This document shows, piece by piece, positions 47,892-57,834 of a stretch of DNA of 64,000 nt. Below the pieces are notes generated by a model that made no database searches, was not told the origin of the DNA, and worked only from the letters and a program-made list of their open reading frames with translations. Position 1 is the stretch's first letter. Every line of letters begins with the position of its first letter. The stretch comes from a virus. The stretch lies in IMG/VR virus record IMGVR_UViG_3300008107_000017, positions 64,001-128,000 of that record; one strand, given 5' to 3'. Both the position numbers and the translations under genes were made by a program.

Positions 47892-48830
47892 ATGGCAACA
47901 AATTTAGGATATTGCTGTATCAACCTAAACCTTCGACCTAAAAGGGTTTCGGTCAATAACAGCTGCATACGTCGCACGTATGATGAGAAGGGATTGGAAC
48001 ATGTAAGTCAATTGGCTTTACTTAATGCTCGCAACCTAGTAGAGATCATCAAATGGAATGATCAAAACGGTTTCAAGGTTTATCGCATGTCTTCTGATAT
48101 GTTTCCTTGGATGTCAGAGTACGAAATCAAAGACCTTCCAGATTATCGTAAAATTTCAATTCTTCTTCGTGGAGCAGGTAATCTTGCTCTTAAGTATGGC
48201 CAAAGGCTATCCTTTCATCCAGGCCCATTCAATGTTTTAGGTTCTCCTAATCCAACACTTGTACGGAAAACAATCAAAGAACTTAACCAACATGCGGAGA
48301 TCATGGATCTAATGGGTCTCCCTCAATCTCACCTGTATCCCATCAACATCCACTGTAATGGTGTATATAACAGTAAGATAGATACACTGTCTAGATGGGC
48401 GAGTAATTATCTACTACTCTCGGATTCGGCACAATCCCGCCTGGTTGTGGAGAATGACGATAAGGGAAGTATGTATTCAGTAAAAGATCTTTATGACGGC
48501 ATCTTTCAGGCGGTAAAGGTACCTATTACATTTGACTACCACCATCACCGTTTCAATGACGGTGGTCTTTCAGAAAGAGAAGCCTTTGAATTGGCAATGT
48601 CTACATGGCATCATCATGGTATCAAACCGCTCTTTCACTATTCTTCATGCCGACGTACCTTTGAGAACAATGAGGCTAAAGCACAGGCACATGCTGACTT
48701 TATCTATGAACAGATCAATGACTACGGTCATGATGTTGATATCGAGGTAGAGGCAAAAGCCAAAGAAGTGGCTGTCTTACGATACAAAGAAACACATCAT
48801 CAATTACTAACCGAATACTTACCATTCTAA
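47892..48830 (+). CDS. uvsE: UV-damage endonuclease
   Basis: LGYCCIN, YRMSS, RLSFHPG, RLVVENDD, FDYHHH, HAD, EAKAKE. Confidence 0.93.
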   Translation: MATNLGYCCINLNLRPKRVSVNNSCIRRTYDEKGLEHVSQLALLNARNLVEIIKWNDQNGFKVYRMSSDMFPWMSEYEIKDLPDYRKISILLRGAGNLALKYGQRLSFHPGPFNVLGSPNPTLVRKTIKELNQHAEIMDLMGLPQSHLYPINIHCNGVYNSKIDTLSRWASNYLLLSDSAQSRLVVENDDKGSMYSVKDLYDGIFQAVKVPITFDYHHHRFNDGGLSEREAFELAMSTWHHHGIKPLFHYSSCRRTFENNEAKAQAHADFIYEQINDYGHDVDIEVEAKAKEVAVLRYKETHHQLLTEYLPF

Positions 48831-48838
48831 ATTCATTT

Positions 48839-49270
48839 ATGAAAACACTATCACCTTATTACTATCACACTAGTAAAAGAGTTTTACAAAAACTTGCAAT
48901 AAAAGTTATTAAAGCCCTTGATCCTAGTAAGAATCAGCCTAAGCATGGAGAATATGAATCTGAGGCAGTTTCAATTTGTAGAAAACTAATATCAAAAGAA
49001 GATACAGTTCTTCTCATATCTCCAATCTCAGGAAAAAGATATATTAAGAGTGATGATAATCAACTCTTTATCATTATAGAGGATCTTCGAATGACTATTG
49101 TAAATCATTCATATAGTTATAACATACCTCTTGAAGCCAAGGCATTTGGTAGAGTTTCAAAAATATTTGATAATGAAGTTGAAAAACGCAGAATGCAAAT
49201 GGAAACTGAAATCCGCTCAAATGTGAAACATTCACTATCAAACATATATAAAAATATCGTAAATGAATAA
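48839..49270 (+). CDS. Hypothetical protein
   Basis: Packed ORF. Confidence 0.7.
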   Translation: MKTLSPYYYHTSKRVLQKLAIKVIKALDPSKNQPKHGEYESEAVSICRKLISKEDTVLLISPISGKRYIKSDDNQLFIIIEDLRMTIVNHSYSYNIPLEAKAFGRVSKIFDNEVEKRRMQMETEIRSNVKHSLSNIYKNIVNE

Positions 49271-49532
49271 GTTTAGAGTCCTATTTATCTTTGGTTTAGG
49301 CATGATTACATTGCCTATAACTATGGTCATTTTTGCATACATTTGGCATATAGGATCAAATCGCGTAGAGAAGAGTTTTTTACAGAAAGATGATAAAGTT
49401 ATTTATGATACTATTGAGGTAAAGAAAACTGTGGTTGATACGATAAAAATTAAAGTCTATGAAAAAGTGCCTCAGATAGATACAAAAAGAGTAGAAACCC
49501 AGTCTTTACCTATAAAAGATACCTTAAAATAA
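49263..49532 (+). CDS. Membrane-anchored hypothetical protein
   Basis: N-terminal TM. Confidence 0.65.
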   Translation: MNKFRVLFIFGLGMITLPITMVIFAYIWHIGSNRVEKSFLQKDDKVIYDTIEVKKTVVDTIKIKVYEKVPQIDTKRVETQSLPIKDTLK

Positions 49533-49537
49533 AAGAC

Positions 49538-50173
49538 ATGGAAGTCAAATTTGCAGATAGTTTTAGTAAATCAATAGAAAAGATAATTAGAGCCAATAGG
49601 TGGTATAATAAAGCATGGTCTTGGATTTGCTATGATGTTCCTCATTTTTGGAAAAATGTTTGGAAATTCAGAGCAGCTCTTTCTAAGCATTATTGGTGGG
49701 ATTATAGTGGAACTTTAAAGTTCATGGAAATTGCAATTAATGACATTGTAACTAATGTTGAATTAAAGGGGCTCGAGATTGATGAATCTCGACTAAAGAA
49801 GGTTACAGCAATGAAACGAGTTGTTGAAATCTTAAAACATATTAGTGAAGACAGTTATATTGAAATGTCTGAGGCTAAACACGGTAAAGTAATATTTCAT
49901 GGATTTGAATTTGAAGATGCCAAAGATCACCCAGGATATTACCAATTAGTTGATAATGAAACCCCGAAAGAAAGGAATCATAACAGCAAGGTTTATGAGT
50001 ATGCTAGAAAACTTGAAGAACAAGAATGGAAAGAACTTTGGAAACTTTTAGAAGGTCAATATTATAAAGATTACGAAAAAACAGTAAAACATTTAACACC
50101 AGAAGAAAGACGAAAGGATGATCACTATTATAAGTGGTTTGACGGTAGCGGCCTTAAAGGATGGTGGGACTAA
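49538..50173 (+). CDS. Phage hypothetical protein
   Basis: WWDY...GWWD motifs. Confidence 0.75.
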   Translation: MEVKFADSFSKSIEKIIRANRWYNKAWSWICYDVPHFWKNVWKFRAALSKHYWWDYSGTLKFMEIAINDIVTNVELKGLEIDESRLKKVTAMKRVVEILKHISEDSYIEMSEAKHGKVIFHGFEFEDAKDHPGYYQLVDNETPKERNHNSKVYEYARKLEEQEWKELWKLLEGQYYKDYEKTVKHLTPEERRKDDHYYKWFDGSGLKGWWD

Positions 50174-50186
50174 ATAAATACTATAT

Positions 50187-50774
50187 ATGATTAAATTTCA
50201 AAAACCCGTTTCTCCTGATCCTACCAATTGGTATTGGTTTGATGGAGGATTTACTGATGAAGAGATCACTCGTATAGAGAGAATGTCGTCTTCATTCAAT
50301 TTGGAAAATGCAACTGTTAGTGATAGCGGTATCATTAATGAGGCAATGCGAAAGAGTGCAGTTGGATGGATCCCTTTTGATGATAAGTATAGGTGGATCT
50401 ACGAAAAACTTGCCCACATGGTTTCTGAAGCCAATGATGTACTTTGGCATTTTGAATTAGGTGAGTTAAAGGAGCAAATCCAATACACGGAATACTATGA
50501 AGACGGTGGCCATTACGATTTTCACCTTGATGTAGGTGGTGGTGATCCTCTTAATCAAAGAAAGATAAGTATTACAGTTCAATTGTCAGATGGTTCTGAA
50601 TATGAAGGTGGAGATTTTCAAATGTTAAGAGGTGGTATTGAACCAGAAACTCTTCCTAAGAAGAAAGGTGCTGTAATCATTTTTCCATCCTACATTTTAC
50701 ATAGGGTTACTCCAGTTACTGCCGGTACGAGAAAATCTCTCGTTTTATGGATAGGTGGTGGGAGTTATAAGTAA
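50187..50774 (+). CDS. 2OG-Fe(II) oxygenase (prolyl-hydroxylase/PKHD-like)
   Basis: HLD, RKISITVQL, YEGG, FPS..LHRVTPV..G.R.SLV.W. Confidence 0.92.
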   Translation: MIKFQKPVSPDPTNWYWFDGGFTDEEITRIERMSSSFNLENATVSDSGIINEAMRKSAVGWIPFDDKYRWIYEKLAHMVSEANDVLWHFELGELKEQIQYTEYYEDGGHYDFHLDVGGGDPLNQRKISITVQLSDGSEYEGGDFQMLRGGIEPETLPKKKGAVIIFPSYILHRVTPVTAGTRKSLVLWIGGGSYK

Positions 50775-50801
50775 GAGGTGTACCCGGTGTGGGTGATTTT
50801 C

Positions 50802-50913
50802 AAATTGTTAATAACTTTTTTCAGTTTTTTTCACTCTAGAGAGAAAAAAGTTTCCTAAAAATTTTTTTATCCCAATTATTTGTATTATATTTATATAAAA
50901 TAAAACGGATATG
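50802..50913 (+). promoter_or_regulatory. Repeated early-promoter module, copy 2
   Basis: AAATTGTTAATAACTTTTT...ATCCCAATTATTTGTATTATATTTATATAAAATAAAACGGATATG. Confidence 0.75.
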
Positions 50914-51114
50914 GAAAACAAAATCAAAATCAACCGCAACCCTCTAATTCTGAGTATCGTATCATTTACTGTGGCCTATATGACTGCAACTGGTAAGATT
51001 CTATCCTACATCGAATTTGCCGATGTACTTAATGAAATTGCATTCTTCGGTATAGCTGTAATGCTTGGTACCATAGGATTATTCGCATCTTTTGAAAAAT
51101 CTCAATCTAAATAA
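50911..51114 (+). CDS. Small two-TM protein
   Basis: ATG at the module end. Confidence 0.7.
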   Translation: MENKIKINRNPLILSIVSFTVAYMTATGKILSYIEFADVLNEIAFFGIAVMLGTIGLFASFEKSQSK

Positions 51115-51115
51115 T

Positions 51116-51334
51116 ATGACACCTCTTGTAATCCGGGCATGGGCCCAACAACGCACTGCGGCCGATTTTATTCAACTAATTGAAGACTATAACATTGACC
51201 TAGAGTTGATAACCATTGACAACTTATTAGACTATAACGAAGGTATGGCCTTAGTAAGAGTCAATGATCTTCTGATTGAATTCTGTGATGGTAATCTTTT
51301 TGAAATCTCTGAATATAACTTTGACTGCATATGA
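51116..51334 (+). CDS. Hypothetical protein
   Basis: ATG after the previous stop. Confidence 0.65.
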   Translation: MTPLVIRAWAQQRTAADFIQLIEDYNIDLELITIDNLLDYNEGMALVRVNDLLIEFCDGNLFEISEYNFDCI

Positions 51335-51429
51335 CAAATACAAAGTACATAACTAAAGATTCTTTGGATGCATTCCTAATTGGAATGAGTAAAAATGTTA
51401 ATTAAAAACTGGCCTCAACTCCGAAAATA

Positions 51430-51675
51430 ATGCAAGTATACCACGCAACTCAAGCAGCTGCTCTGATAGAAGCCGAACAGTATGCAAAGAAAAAAGGTTA
51501 CTCTGTAATCTATGAAGACCGCCTATGGACTGAACATGTTGGATATGGGCACACGGTGAAGTATTCATTCCCACTTACTTTAGACCGCACTGGCAATGAA
51601 GCAAAATTTTGGTTACACATTCAACTCTACCGCATGGGAAACGGTGGGTATGAACTTAATTGTTACTTATCATGA
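51430..51675 (+). CDS. Hypothetical protein
   Basis: LHIQLYRM..G.YELNCY motif. Confidence 0.7.
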   Translation: MQVYHATQAAALIEAEQYAKKKGYSVIYEDRLWTEHVGYGHTVKYSFPLTLDRTGNEAKFWLHIQLYRMGNGGYELNCYLS

Positions 51676-51848
51676 ATCTAGCACAACTTAAAGAAAAGAC
51701 AAAAGAATTAATCACAAAGAATCCCGAACTTAAGGATGACCTTATGGAGTTTTATTACTTGGCAGTATCAGAGATTGAGGAAGGTGGATCTGAAAGCCAT
51801 GAATGTGAACTTGCATATAGTGATATGATGGACCTTATAGAAAAGTAA
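51672..51848 (+). CDS. Hypothetical protein
   Basis: ATGA overlap. Confidence 0.65.
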   Translation: MNLAQLKEKTKELITKNPELKDDLMEFYYLAVSEIEEGGSESHECELAYSDMMDLIEK

Positions 51849-51850
51849 TT

Positions 51851-52423
51851 ATGGGAGCAGATATTCATATGTACGTTGAGTACAGAAACAAAAAACAAGC
51901 TAAAGAGCGAGATGCTCGAGGTGAAAAGCCTTATTGGTTGGCTTATGGTAACCGAGTAAATCCTGGTCGTAACTATATCATGTTTGCCATCTTGGCAGGC
52001 GTCCGCGGTGAGTATGACGAATCGTTTCATCCCAAAGGTAAATTACCTAAAGACATGATGAGTTGGACTACAGCCAGTGATGCATTTATGCACATCTATC
52101 CTAAGAAGCATGAAGACAAAGAATGGGAAGGTTTCGTAACTCTTGAAAAGGCAACTAAATGGGAAACCTGGGGTAGACAAATCATCATTAATGAAAATGG
52201 TGAACCTACGCATATTGAACATCCAGATTGGCACTCACACACATGGATGAGTATAGAAGAGCTTAAGAAGGCTTATAAGATCTATGCTAAAAAAGCATCT
52301 AAAGAATGGGATCAAAAGATCACCAAACCACCAGTTGAATGGATGGCTTTATTGGCTTCAATGAAAGCCTTAGAGGATGAAGGTGAAAACGAGGTTCGTG
52401 TAGTATTTTGGTTTGATAATTAA
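51851..52423 (+). CDS. Phage hypothetical protein (MGxDIH...RVVFWFDN type)
   Basis: RNY..FA.LAGVR, HSHTW motifs. Confidence 0.8.
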   Translation: MGADIHMYVEYRNKKQAKERDARGEKPYWLAYGNRVNPGRNYIMFAILAGVRGEYDESFHPKGKLPKDMMSWTTASDAFMHIYPKKHEDKEWEGFVTLEKATKWETWGRQIIINENGEPTHIEHPDWHSHTWMSIEELKKAYKIYAKKASKEWDQKITKPPVEWMALLASMKALEDEGENEVRVVFWFDN

Positions 52424-52429
52424 AAGAGC

Positions 52430-52630
52430 ATGAACTTCTCTGACTTACAAAACTCCAATGCATTTAAGTATGCAAAGAATGTGGTTATTCCAACTGAAAG
52501 GGCTATTAAAGAAGTTACCGAAATCGAGAAGTATGACTCTGATTATGTGCTCTATATGACAGATAAGACATCTTATGGAATATCACAATGCCAATCAATA
52601 GAAGAAACTTTTCGTCAAGAATTTTATTAA
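52430..52630 (+). CDS. Hypothetical protein
   Basis: Packed ORF. Confidence 0.6.
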   Translation: MNFSDLQNSNAFKYAKNVVIPTERAIKEVTEIEKYDSDYVLYMTDKTSYGISQCQSIEETFRQEFY

Positions 52631-52723
52631 ATTGTTAATAACTTTTTGAAAAAAGTCACTAAAATATTTTTTTATCCCAATTATTTGTATTAAATTTATA
52701 CTATAATTAAATAAACGGATATG
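52629..52723 (+). promoter_or_regulatory. Repeated early-promoter module, copy 3
   Basis: Same motif string as copy 1. Confidence 0.75.
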
Positions 52724-52939
52724 GTACACAGAGAATACAAGTTAAAAGTCGTAGAGGATATAGTAATCCACTCAGTAGACCAGGATACATGGGAAAGACT
52801 AAAAAAGGGGGAGACTATAGAAAAACCGGTCTATGATGGTTTTATCCGCTACAACAAAAAGAACTTCGCTAATGAAGTACAATGGACCGAGGTGGCGGTA
52901 AGCTATGGAATCGCTAAACTGGGTTTACGAAATTGTTAA
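52721..52939 (+). CDS. Hypothetical protein
   Basis: ATG at the module end. Confidence 0.65.
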   Translation: MVHREYKLKVVEDIVIHSVDQDTWERLKKGETIEKPVYDGFIRYNKKNFANEVQWTEVAVSYGIAKLGLRNC

Positions 52940-53022
52940 TAACTTTTTGAAAAAAGTTCCCAAACTATTTTCAAATCCCAATTATTTGTATTATATTTAT
53001 ATAAATTAAAAACGGAAATATG
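52930..53022 (+). promoter_or_regulatory. Repeated early-promoter module, copy 4
   Basis: Same motif string; TTTCAA-N17-TATATTTA. Confidence 0.75.
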
Positions 53023-53316
53023 GATACAACCATTCGCATCACAACCCAGTATTACGAGAACTACGGTGATTCTACTAGTCCTCATTGGAAACCTAAAGGC
53101 GGTTTTGAATTTATGATCAAGGCCGACGCTGACCTTGTTATGTATGTGCCTAATCTTAAGGCGGTTCTCGCTGACATGGTGGCTAATGAATCAAACGGCC
53201 ACGAGAAGTTTGAATACATCGACCACGAAGTCCTCTTTACTGAACCTTTTCAACTATCCACCGAGGATTTTGAAAATCGTGTACGTGCTCAATATGAACA
53301 AACCCAATATGCATAA
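53020..53316 (+). CDS. Hypothetical protein
   Basis: TQYYENYG...HWKPKGG. Confidence 0.75.
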   Translation: MDTTIRITTQYYENYGDSTSPHWKPKGGFEFMIKADADLVMYVPNLKAVLADMVANESNGHEKFEYIDHEVLFTEPFQLSTEDFENRVRAQYEQTQYA

Positions 53317-53317
53317 T

Positions 53318-53656
53318 ATGAATACTTTCACTCACCAATTCCGCGAAGCGGTAGAATCTGTGGCCGAAGAGATTGGCCTTCTTAATGCAACCAACTCTCG
53401 CCATGAGAAGAATGGTACAATTGCATATATTGACCCGGTAACATCTGCCATGTACACACTACACACAAATGGTTACATTCGTCGTACTCATCGTCGTAGA
53501 ATGTGGTACAGGGGTACAATGCAGAATGTAACATATCAACTAAATCCAGTGAAAAGAACCCAAGGCCGTAATGAACGAGTTATGATGAGTCATTGGGAAC
53601 AGCTTGGAAAGTTAACAACTTCTGTAATTTCTTATCGTAAGAACAATGGGAACTAA
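53318..53656 (+). CDS. Hypothetical protein
   Basis: ATG after the previous stop. Confidence 0.7.
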   Translation: MNTFTHQFREAVESVAEEIGLLNATNSRHEKNGTIAYIDPVTSAMYTLHTNGYIRRTHRRRMWYRGTMQNVTYQLNPVKRTQGRNERVMMSHWEQLGKLTTSVISYRKNNGN

Positions 53657-54149
53657 TTACTATCGTATACCTCTTGCCTCTGAAGTGGAGGAGAGAAAAG
53701 CCCTTCTTATGAAAAGAGTAGCAGAGATGGAAATGACACCAGGTAACATTGAACGAGGATTTAATACAATACCAACTCATGACTCTGATTATTCATGGGA
53801 ATATGACAGTCCTTGGTCAGAGTTTACAGAAGGTATGAGTGTCCATTTAGGCAAGAGATCATGTGGATGGAAGTTCTGTTGGAATTTTCATAAGAACCGC
53901 CATTATCATCATAAAGAATCTCTATTGGAATTTATTCGCGCAGGCCGTGTTGTTAATGAGTACGGCGAAGAGATTCCCACTGAAGAGTTTATTCAAATGG
54001 CTCTTGATTGGGGACAACCTGACGGTTGGGTACATAATGCAGAATATGAAAAACACCAACGAGAATTAGGACATAAAACATGGGGACCTTCATATTATGA
54101 TACAATTATAGATGGTCTCCGAGTATCAACTTCAACTGAATTTTCTTAA
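53646..54149 (+). CDS. Phage hypothetical protein (MGTNYY...HLGKRS.GW)
   Basis: Recognisable phage motif. Confidence 0.75.
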   Translation: MGTNYYRIPLASEVEERKALLMKRVAEMEMTPGNIERGFNTIPTHDSDYSWEYDSPWSEFTEGMSVHLGKRSCGWKFCWNFHKNRHYHHKESLLEFIRAGRVVNEYGEEIPTEEFIQMALDWGQPDGWVHNAEYEKHQRELGHKTWGPSYYDTIIDGLRVSTSTEFS

Positions 54150-54168
54150 ACAGCTAAAAATAGAAACT

Positions 54169-54642
54169 ATGGGATTAGACATGTATCTTACCAAAAAACA
54201 TTACGTTAAAAACTGGGATCATACTCCAGAAGAAAAACAACACACAGTGACCGTCACGCAGGGTGGAGAAACCCCTTCATACATTGACACGACCAAAATC
54301 AAATACCTTGAGGAAGAGGCTGGTTATTGGCGTAAAGCAAATCATATTCATAATTGGTTTGTCGATAATGTACAAGAAGGTAAGGATGAATGCCAAAAGG
54401 CATGGGTTTCACCTAGACAGTTAGAAGAGTTATCCACGGCCTGTAAAGAAGTCTTGGCAGATAATTCTAAAGCAGGAGAACTTTTACCTACCGCTGATGG
54501 ATTCTTTTTTGGTGGGACTGAATATGATGAGTATTACTTTAGAGATATTGAAGATACTCTCAAATTCATTGAACCTATCCTAGCCGATATGGATCAAGGT
54601 GGTAATCTACCTTATGATGTTTATTACCAATCTTCTTGGTAA
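54169..54642 (+). CDS. Phage hypothetical protein (MGLDMY...YWRKAN.IH.WF...YQSSW)
   Basis: Recognisable phage motif. Confidence 0.8.
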   Translation: MGLDMYLTKKHYVKNWDHTPEEKQHTVTVTQGGETPSYIDTTKIKYLEEEAGYWRKANHIHNWFVDNVQEGKDECQKAWVSPRQLEELSTACKEVLADNSKAGELLPTADGFFFGGTEYDEYYFRDIEDTLKFIEPILADMDQGGNLPYDVYYQSSW

Positions 54643-54691
54643 TCTTTCAGAACATAAAGAAACTTGTTATTATTTTATAAATTAAAACAAA

Positions 54692-54979
54692 ATGAAATTC
54701 TCTGATATTATCTTTACACCCCACCCACACGGAGGAGTGAAGTCTCGTACATTCTTTCCTAACGGATATGAACTATCTGTTGTGGCAGGTCAATTCGCAT
54801 ATTCAACTCCTAGAACCGATTTTGATTCTGCTGATGATTATGAAGCATTTGAAATTGCTGTTTTTGACCAGGACGGTGAATTCGTTACTAATCAATTTGG
54901 ATTCGGTGATGATGTCCAAGGTTGGTTAAGCAGAAAAGAGATTGAAGAATTGATGAAAACCATATCCGAACATGCCTAA
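54692..54979 (+). CDS. Hypothetical protein
   Basis: FPNGYELSVV...DVQGWL. Confidence 0.75.
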   Translation: MKFSDIIFTPHPHGGVKSRTFFPNGYELSVVAGQFAYSTPRTDFDSADDYEAFEIAVFDQDGEFVTNQFGFGDDVQGWLSRKEIEELMKTISEHA

Positions 54980-55277
54980 GAAATACAGATACCGCATTGA
55001 ACACATTTATCCACCGGCATTTGCAGTGGTAGGTGGTCAGCGGTATCTGTTTCCTGGCTGGATTCCTGTCGAAGATGATGTTACATTCGAAGATGTGGAA
55101 CATATTAATCCTTATGCAAATCTAAAAAAGGAAACCTTCACGGTGACAGGATCCACTGGAAATACATACACGGTGACACGGCGAGAAAACGCACTCACTT
55201 GTGACTGCCCAGCCGGAAAATTCCGCGGTCAATGTAAACATATAACCCAAATTAAAACCGAACTGTCATTGTCCTAA
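54972..55277 (+). CDS. SWIM zinc-finger protein
   Basis: GSTGNTYTV...CDCP...CKH. Confidence 0.85.
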   Translation: MPKKYRYRIEHIYPPAFAVVGGQRYLFPGWIPVEDDVTFEDVEHINPYANLKKETFTVTGSTGNTYTVTRRENALTCDCPAGKFRGQCKHITQIKTELSLS

Positions 55278-55299
55278 TATATAAAATAAATTAGTACAA

Positions 55300-55602
55300 A
55301 TGAATACAGTTCTTATTATTTTATTGATTGCAGCTGTTATTGCAACAATATATACTACGTTTAGTGGTAAAAAGAGTTCAACATTAGTAGGATATTCCGA
55401 ACCACATAAACCAAGCGGTATCTCTGGGTTTAAACCGAGCGGTACATCTGGTATCTCTGGAACTAAACCGAGCGGTACATCTGGTATCTCTGGAACTAAA
55501 CCAAAGCCAAAACCGAGCGGTACATCTGGTATTAAAGGTGTTAAAAAACCTGGAAGACCAAAGAAGACGAGTGGCAATAGCGGAATTAAAGGAATTAAAT
55601 AA
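55300..55602 (+). CDS. Membrane-anchored protein with KPSGTSGISGT repeats
   Basis: N-terminal TM; 33-nt tandem repeat. Confidence 0.7.
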   Translation: MNTVLIILLIAAVIATIYTTFSGKKSSTLVGYSEPHKPSGISGFKPSGTSGISGTKPSGTSGISGTKPKPKPSGTSGIKGVKKPGRPKKTSGNSGIKGIK

Positions 55603-55988
55603 TGAAAAGCTATAAAGACTTCATATCAGAATCATTTGTACAAAATGTAGTACAAAACGATAAGGATCCAAACTTTGATGGTGCAGATCCTTCCTCTATT
55701 GAAATTCATAATAGGGGTATTGGTGGAGTAAATTCTCTACAAGGTCATCGTGATCAAATTGTAAGACTTTTGGAACAAATGCTTGCTGATGCTAAAATGG
55801 CTCAAAAGAACCATAAATTAGCTCATTACTCTATTGCAAAGATTTTATCTTTGGCTGATCCTGATCGTATAACAGGTGTGTTACTCACTTACCTAAAGAA
55901 CCATCAGACTGCAATTGAAGAATTAGAAGCAATTCGTAGAAAAGGTGGAAGTGGAGCCGGAAAATCAATTCCTAAAGGATTGATCTAA
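55602..55988 (+). CDS. Putative internal head protein
   Basis: MKSYKDFISE, close to the T4 capsid-targeting sequence MKTYQEFIAE. Confidence 0.7.
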   Translation: MKSYKDFISESFVQNVVQNDKDPNFDGADPSSIEIHNRGIGGVNSLQGHRDQIVRLLEQMLADAKMAQKNHKLAHYSIAKILSLADPDRITGVLLTYLKNHQTAIEELEAIRRKGGSGAGKSIPKGLI

Positions 55989-56003
55989 AAATAAAATTAC
56001 ATA

Positions 56004-56774
56004 ATGGCATTAAGATTTAACAGCATTCAAGAATACGGTGAGTATATCTATAATGAATGTATTAAGCAAAACAAGCAAAAAGATGTTTGTAATAGTGGAA
56101 AAGGTGGTACAAAAACAAAAGTAACTGACTCCGATCCTGATGGTTTTAGTTTAACTTATTCTTCAAGTAACCTAGATGCTAAATCACAGGAATATCTAAA
56201 CACCCACACGGTGATAAGTAAGGCACCACCGCAAAATGCCCCAGCCCATATAGAAATTGTTGAAGGTGAAATCTGGAAGCAAACTATTCACAAGTATGAT
56301 AAAAATGTTTATGCAAACAAAACTGTAGTTGATAATTCAACTGACTTTTCTGTTTCTGCTGATGCATCTTATAAAGAAGCTAATGTAAGTGCCAATTACG
56401 AACAGGTTTATTCTGAAGAAGATACTAATGTAAGTGAAGAAGTTTCAAAAGATGCATCACAATATGATTTGGAATTTCACGGCATTCAAGGAAAGCATTA
56501 TGCTGTAGATTTTTATACAAATAAGTATACGTGCTCTGACCGCCCAACTTTAGAAATTACTTATACTTTTAAGTCAATAACATTTAGAGCGGTATGCGAT
56601 TATTCAGACGGAGCTGCATTACATTGGAATAATGAACATTATCATAAAACATATGATATAGTATCTTTAGGTCTTGACCCTATTGTTACAATTCCACAAA
56701 CTGTGGTATTTGATGTTAATTATGATAACCCATGGCCTAGTTACACAATAACAAACATAATTGATAACATATGA
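56004..56774 (+). CDS. Hypothetical beta-rich protein, possibly aerolysin/ETX-MTX2-like
   Basis: Ser/Thr-rich, with alternating amphipathic segment FSVSADASYKEANVSANYEQVYS. Confidence 0.5.
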   Translation: MALRFNSIQEYGEYIYNECIKQNKQKDVCNSGKGGTKTKVTDSDPDGFSLTYSSSNLDAKSQEYLNTHTVISKAPPQNAPAHIEIVEGEIWKQTIHKYDKNVYANKTVVDNSTDFSVSADASYKEANVSANYEQVYSEEDTNVSEEVSKDASQYDLEFHGIQGKHYAVDFYTNKYTCSDRPTLEITYTFKSITFRAVCDYSDGAALHWNNEHYHKTYDIVSLGLDPIVTIPQTVVFDVNYDNPWPSYTITNIIDNI

Positions 56775-57358
56775 AACATATTAGAGAATACGAAGAATTT
56801 CTAAACGAAAACACAAACGCAAGGCGATTCCAAAATAAAGGAAAACTGCGCTATAGTGATCAATTTAGTGGTAATATTAGTCTTTCTAAAACAATTGGTA
56901 CTGAACTAGGATTTGATCCAAAAAAAGGATCATCGGGTGTTGGATTTGATAATGTATCTATGTATGATAATGAATCGAGTAAAACTATCGTAGGTGATGC
57001 ACTTACCGGTAAATACACATACGATGAACTGGTTAAACTTGCCAAAGAATGGTACGATAAAAATGAATCTATGATTGGTGAAGCCGCAAGTGTACCTTCA
57101 AATATCATGGATTTTGCAAAGAGAAAGGGTTCTTATGCAGTTAGTCTTGTAAAGAAAGCTGCAACCTGGGCAGAGAAAGCCGGTAAAAGAATCTCGGGTG
57201 GTACTGCAATTGGAAAGAATTATGATACAATTATTCTTGATATGAAACACCAAGGATCTGAGATTTATATCAATCTTAATGATGAAACAATTGAACTATT
57301 TGGAGAAGAGGTAACTGATGCTAAATCGTTTGCCAAGGTACTTCAGGATAACGAATAA
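56771..57358 (+). CDS. Putative internal head protein
   Basis: MKHIREYEEFLNE. Confidence 0.7.
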   Translation: MKHIREYEEFLNENTNARRFQNKGKLRYSDQFSGNISLSKTIGTELGFDPKKGSSGVGFDNVSMYDNESSKTIVGDALTGKYTYDELVKLAKEWYDKNESMIGEAASVPSNIMDFAKRKGSYAVSLVKKAATWAEKAGKRISGGTAIGKNYDTIILDMKHQGSEIYINLNDETIELFGEEVTDAKSFAKVLQDNE

Positions 57359-57368
57359 ATATTTTACC

Positions 57369-57818
57369 ATGAAGCACATACAAACATTTGAAAGTTTCTT
57401 AAATGAAGCCGTTAAATTAAAAATTGCATATACTCCGATTGATAAGAAAGCGTATACTACGCAAAGGCAAGGTATTAAGTTTTCTGTAAAAATTAACAAT
57501 CAAACGGCAACCGGAATTTGGGTTCCGAAGTATGGTGATATAAGTAACGGTGTTGATGTAAATGAATTAGAAGGATCTGACAGAAAAAGATTCTACATAT
57601 TTTCTTCTGGCGGATCTTCTAGATCTTTTCCTATTAGTGTTCAACTCGAGGAATTGGATAAACAGCCAAAAGATCTAAGTTTCACTGGGCCGTATCTTGA
57701 TATTAGCAAACTAAAAAGTGCGTTTATTGATAAGATAACACAAGCTATAGAAAAACCTACAAAAGAAGAACAACTTTCACCAGAGTTTTTGGAGTACTTT
57801 GGTATAAATCAAATTTAA
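57369..57818 (+). CDS. Putative internal head protein
   Basis: MKHIQTFESFLNE, identical to 18574. Confidence 0.7.
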   Translation: MKHIQTFESFLNEAVKLKIAYTPIDKKAYTTQRQGIKFSVKINNQTATGIWVPKYGDISNGVDVNELEGSDRKRFYIFSSGGSSRSFPISVQLEELDKQPKDLSFTGPYLDISKLKSAFIDKITQAIEKPTKEEQLSPEFLEYFGINQI

Positions 57819-57834
57819 GAATAAGTAATTTACT

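Noticed and set aside
50802-53022. CRISPR array
   Set aside because: Repeats are ~100 bp, imperfect and separated by whole genes; no cas operon. The 17814 nuclease is a generic PD-(D/E)XK exonuclease.
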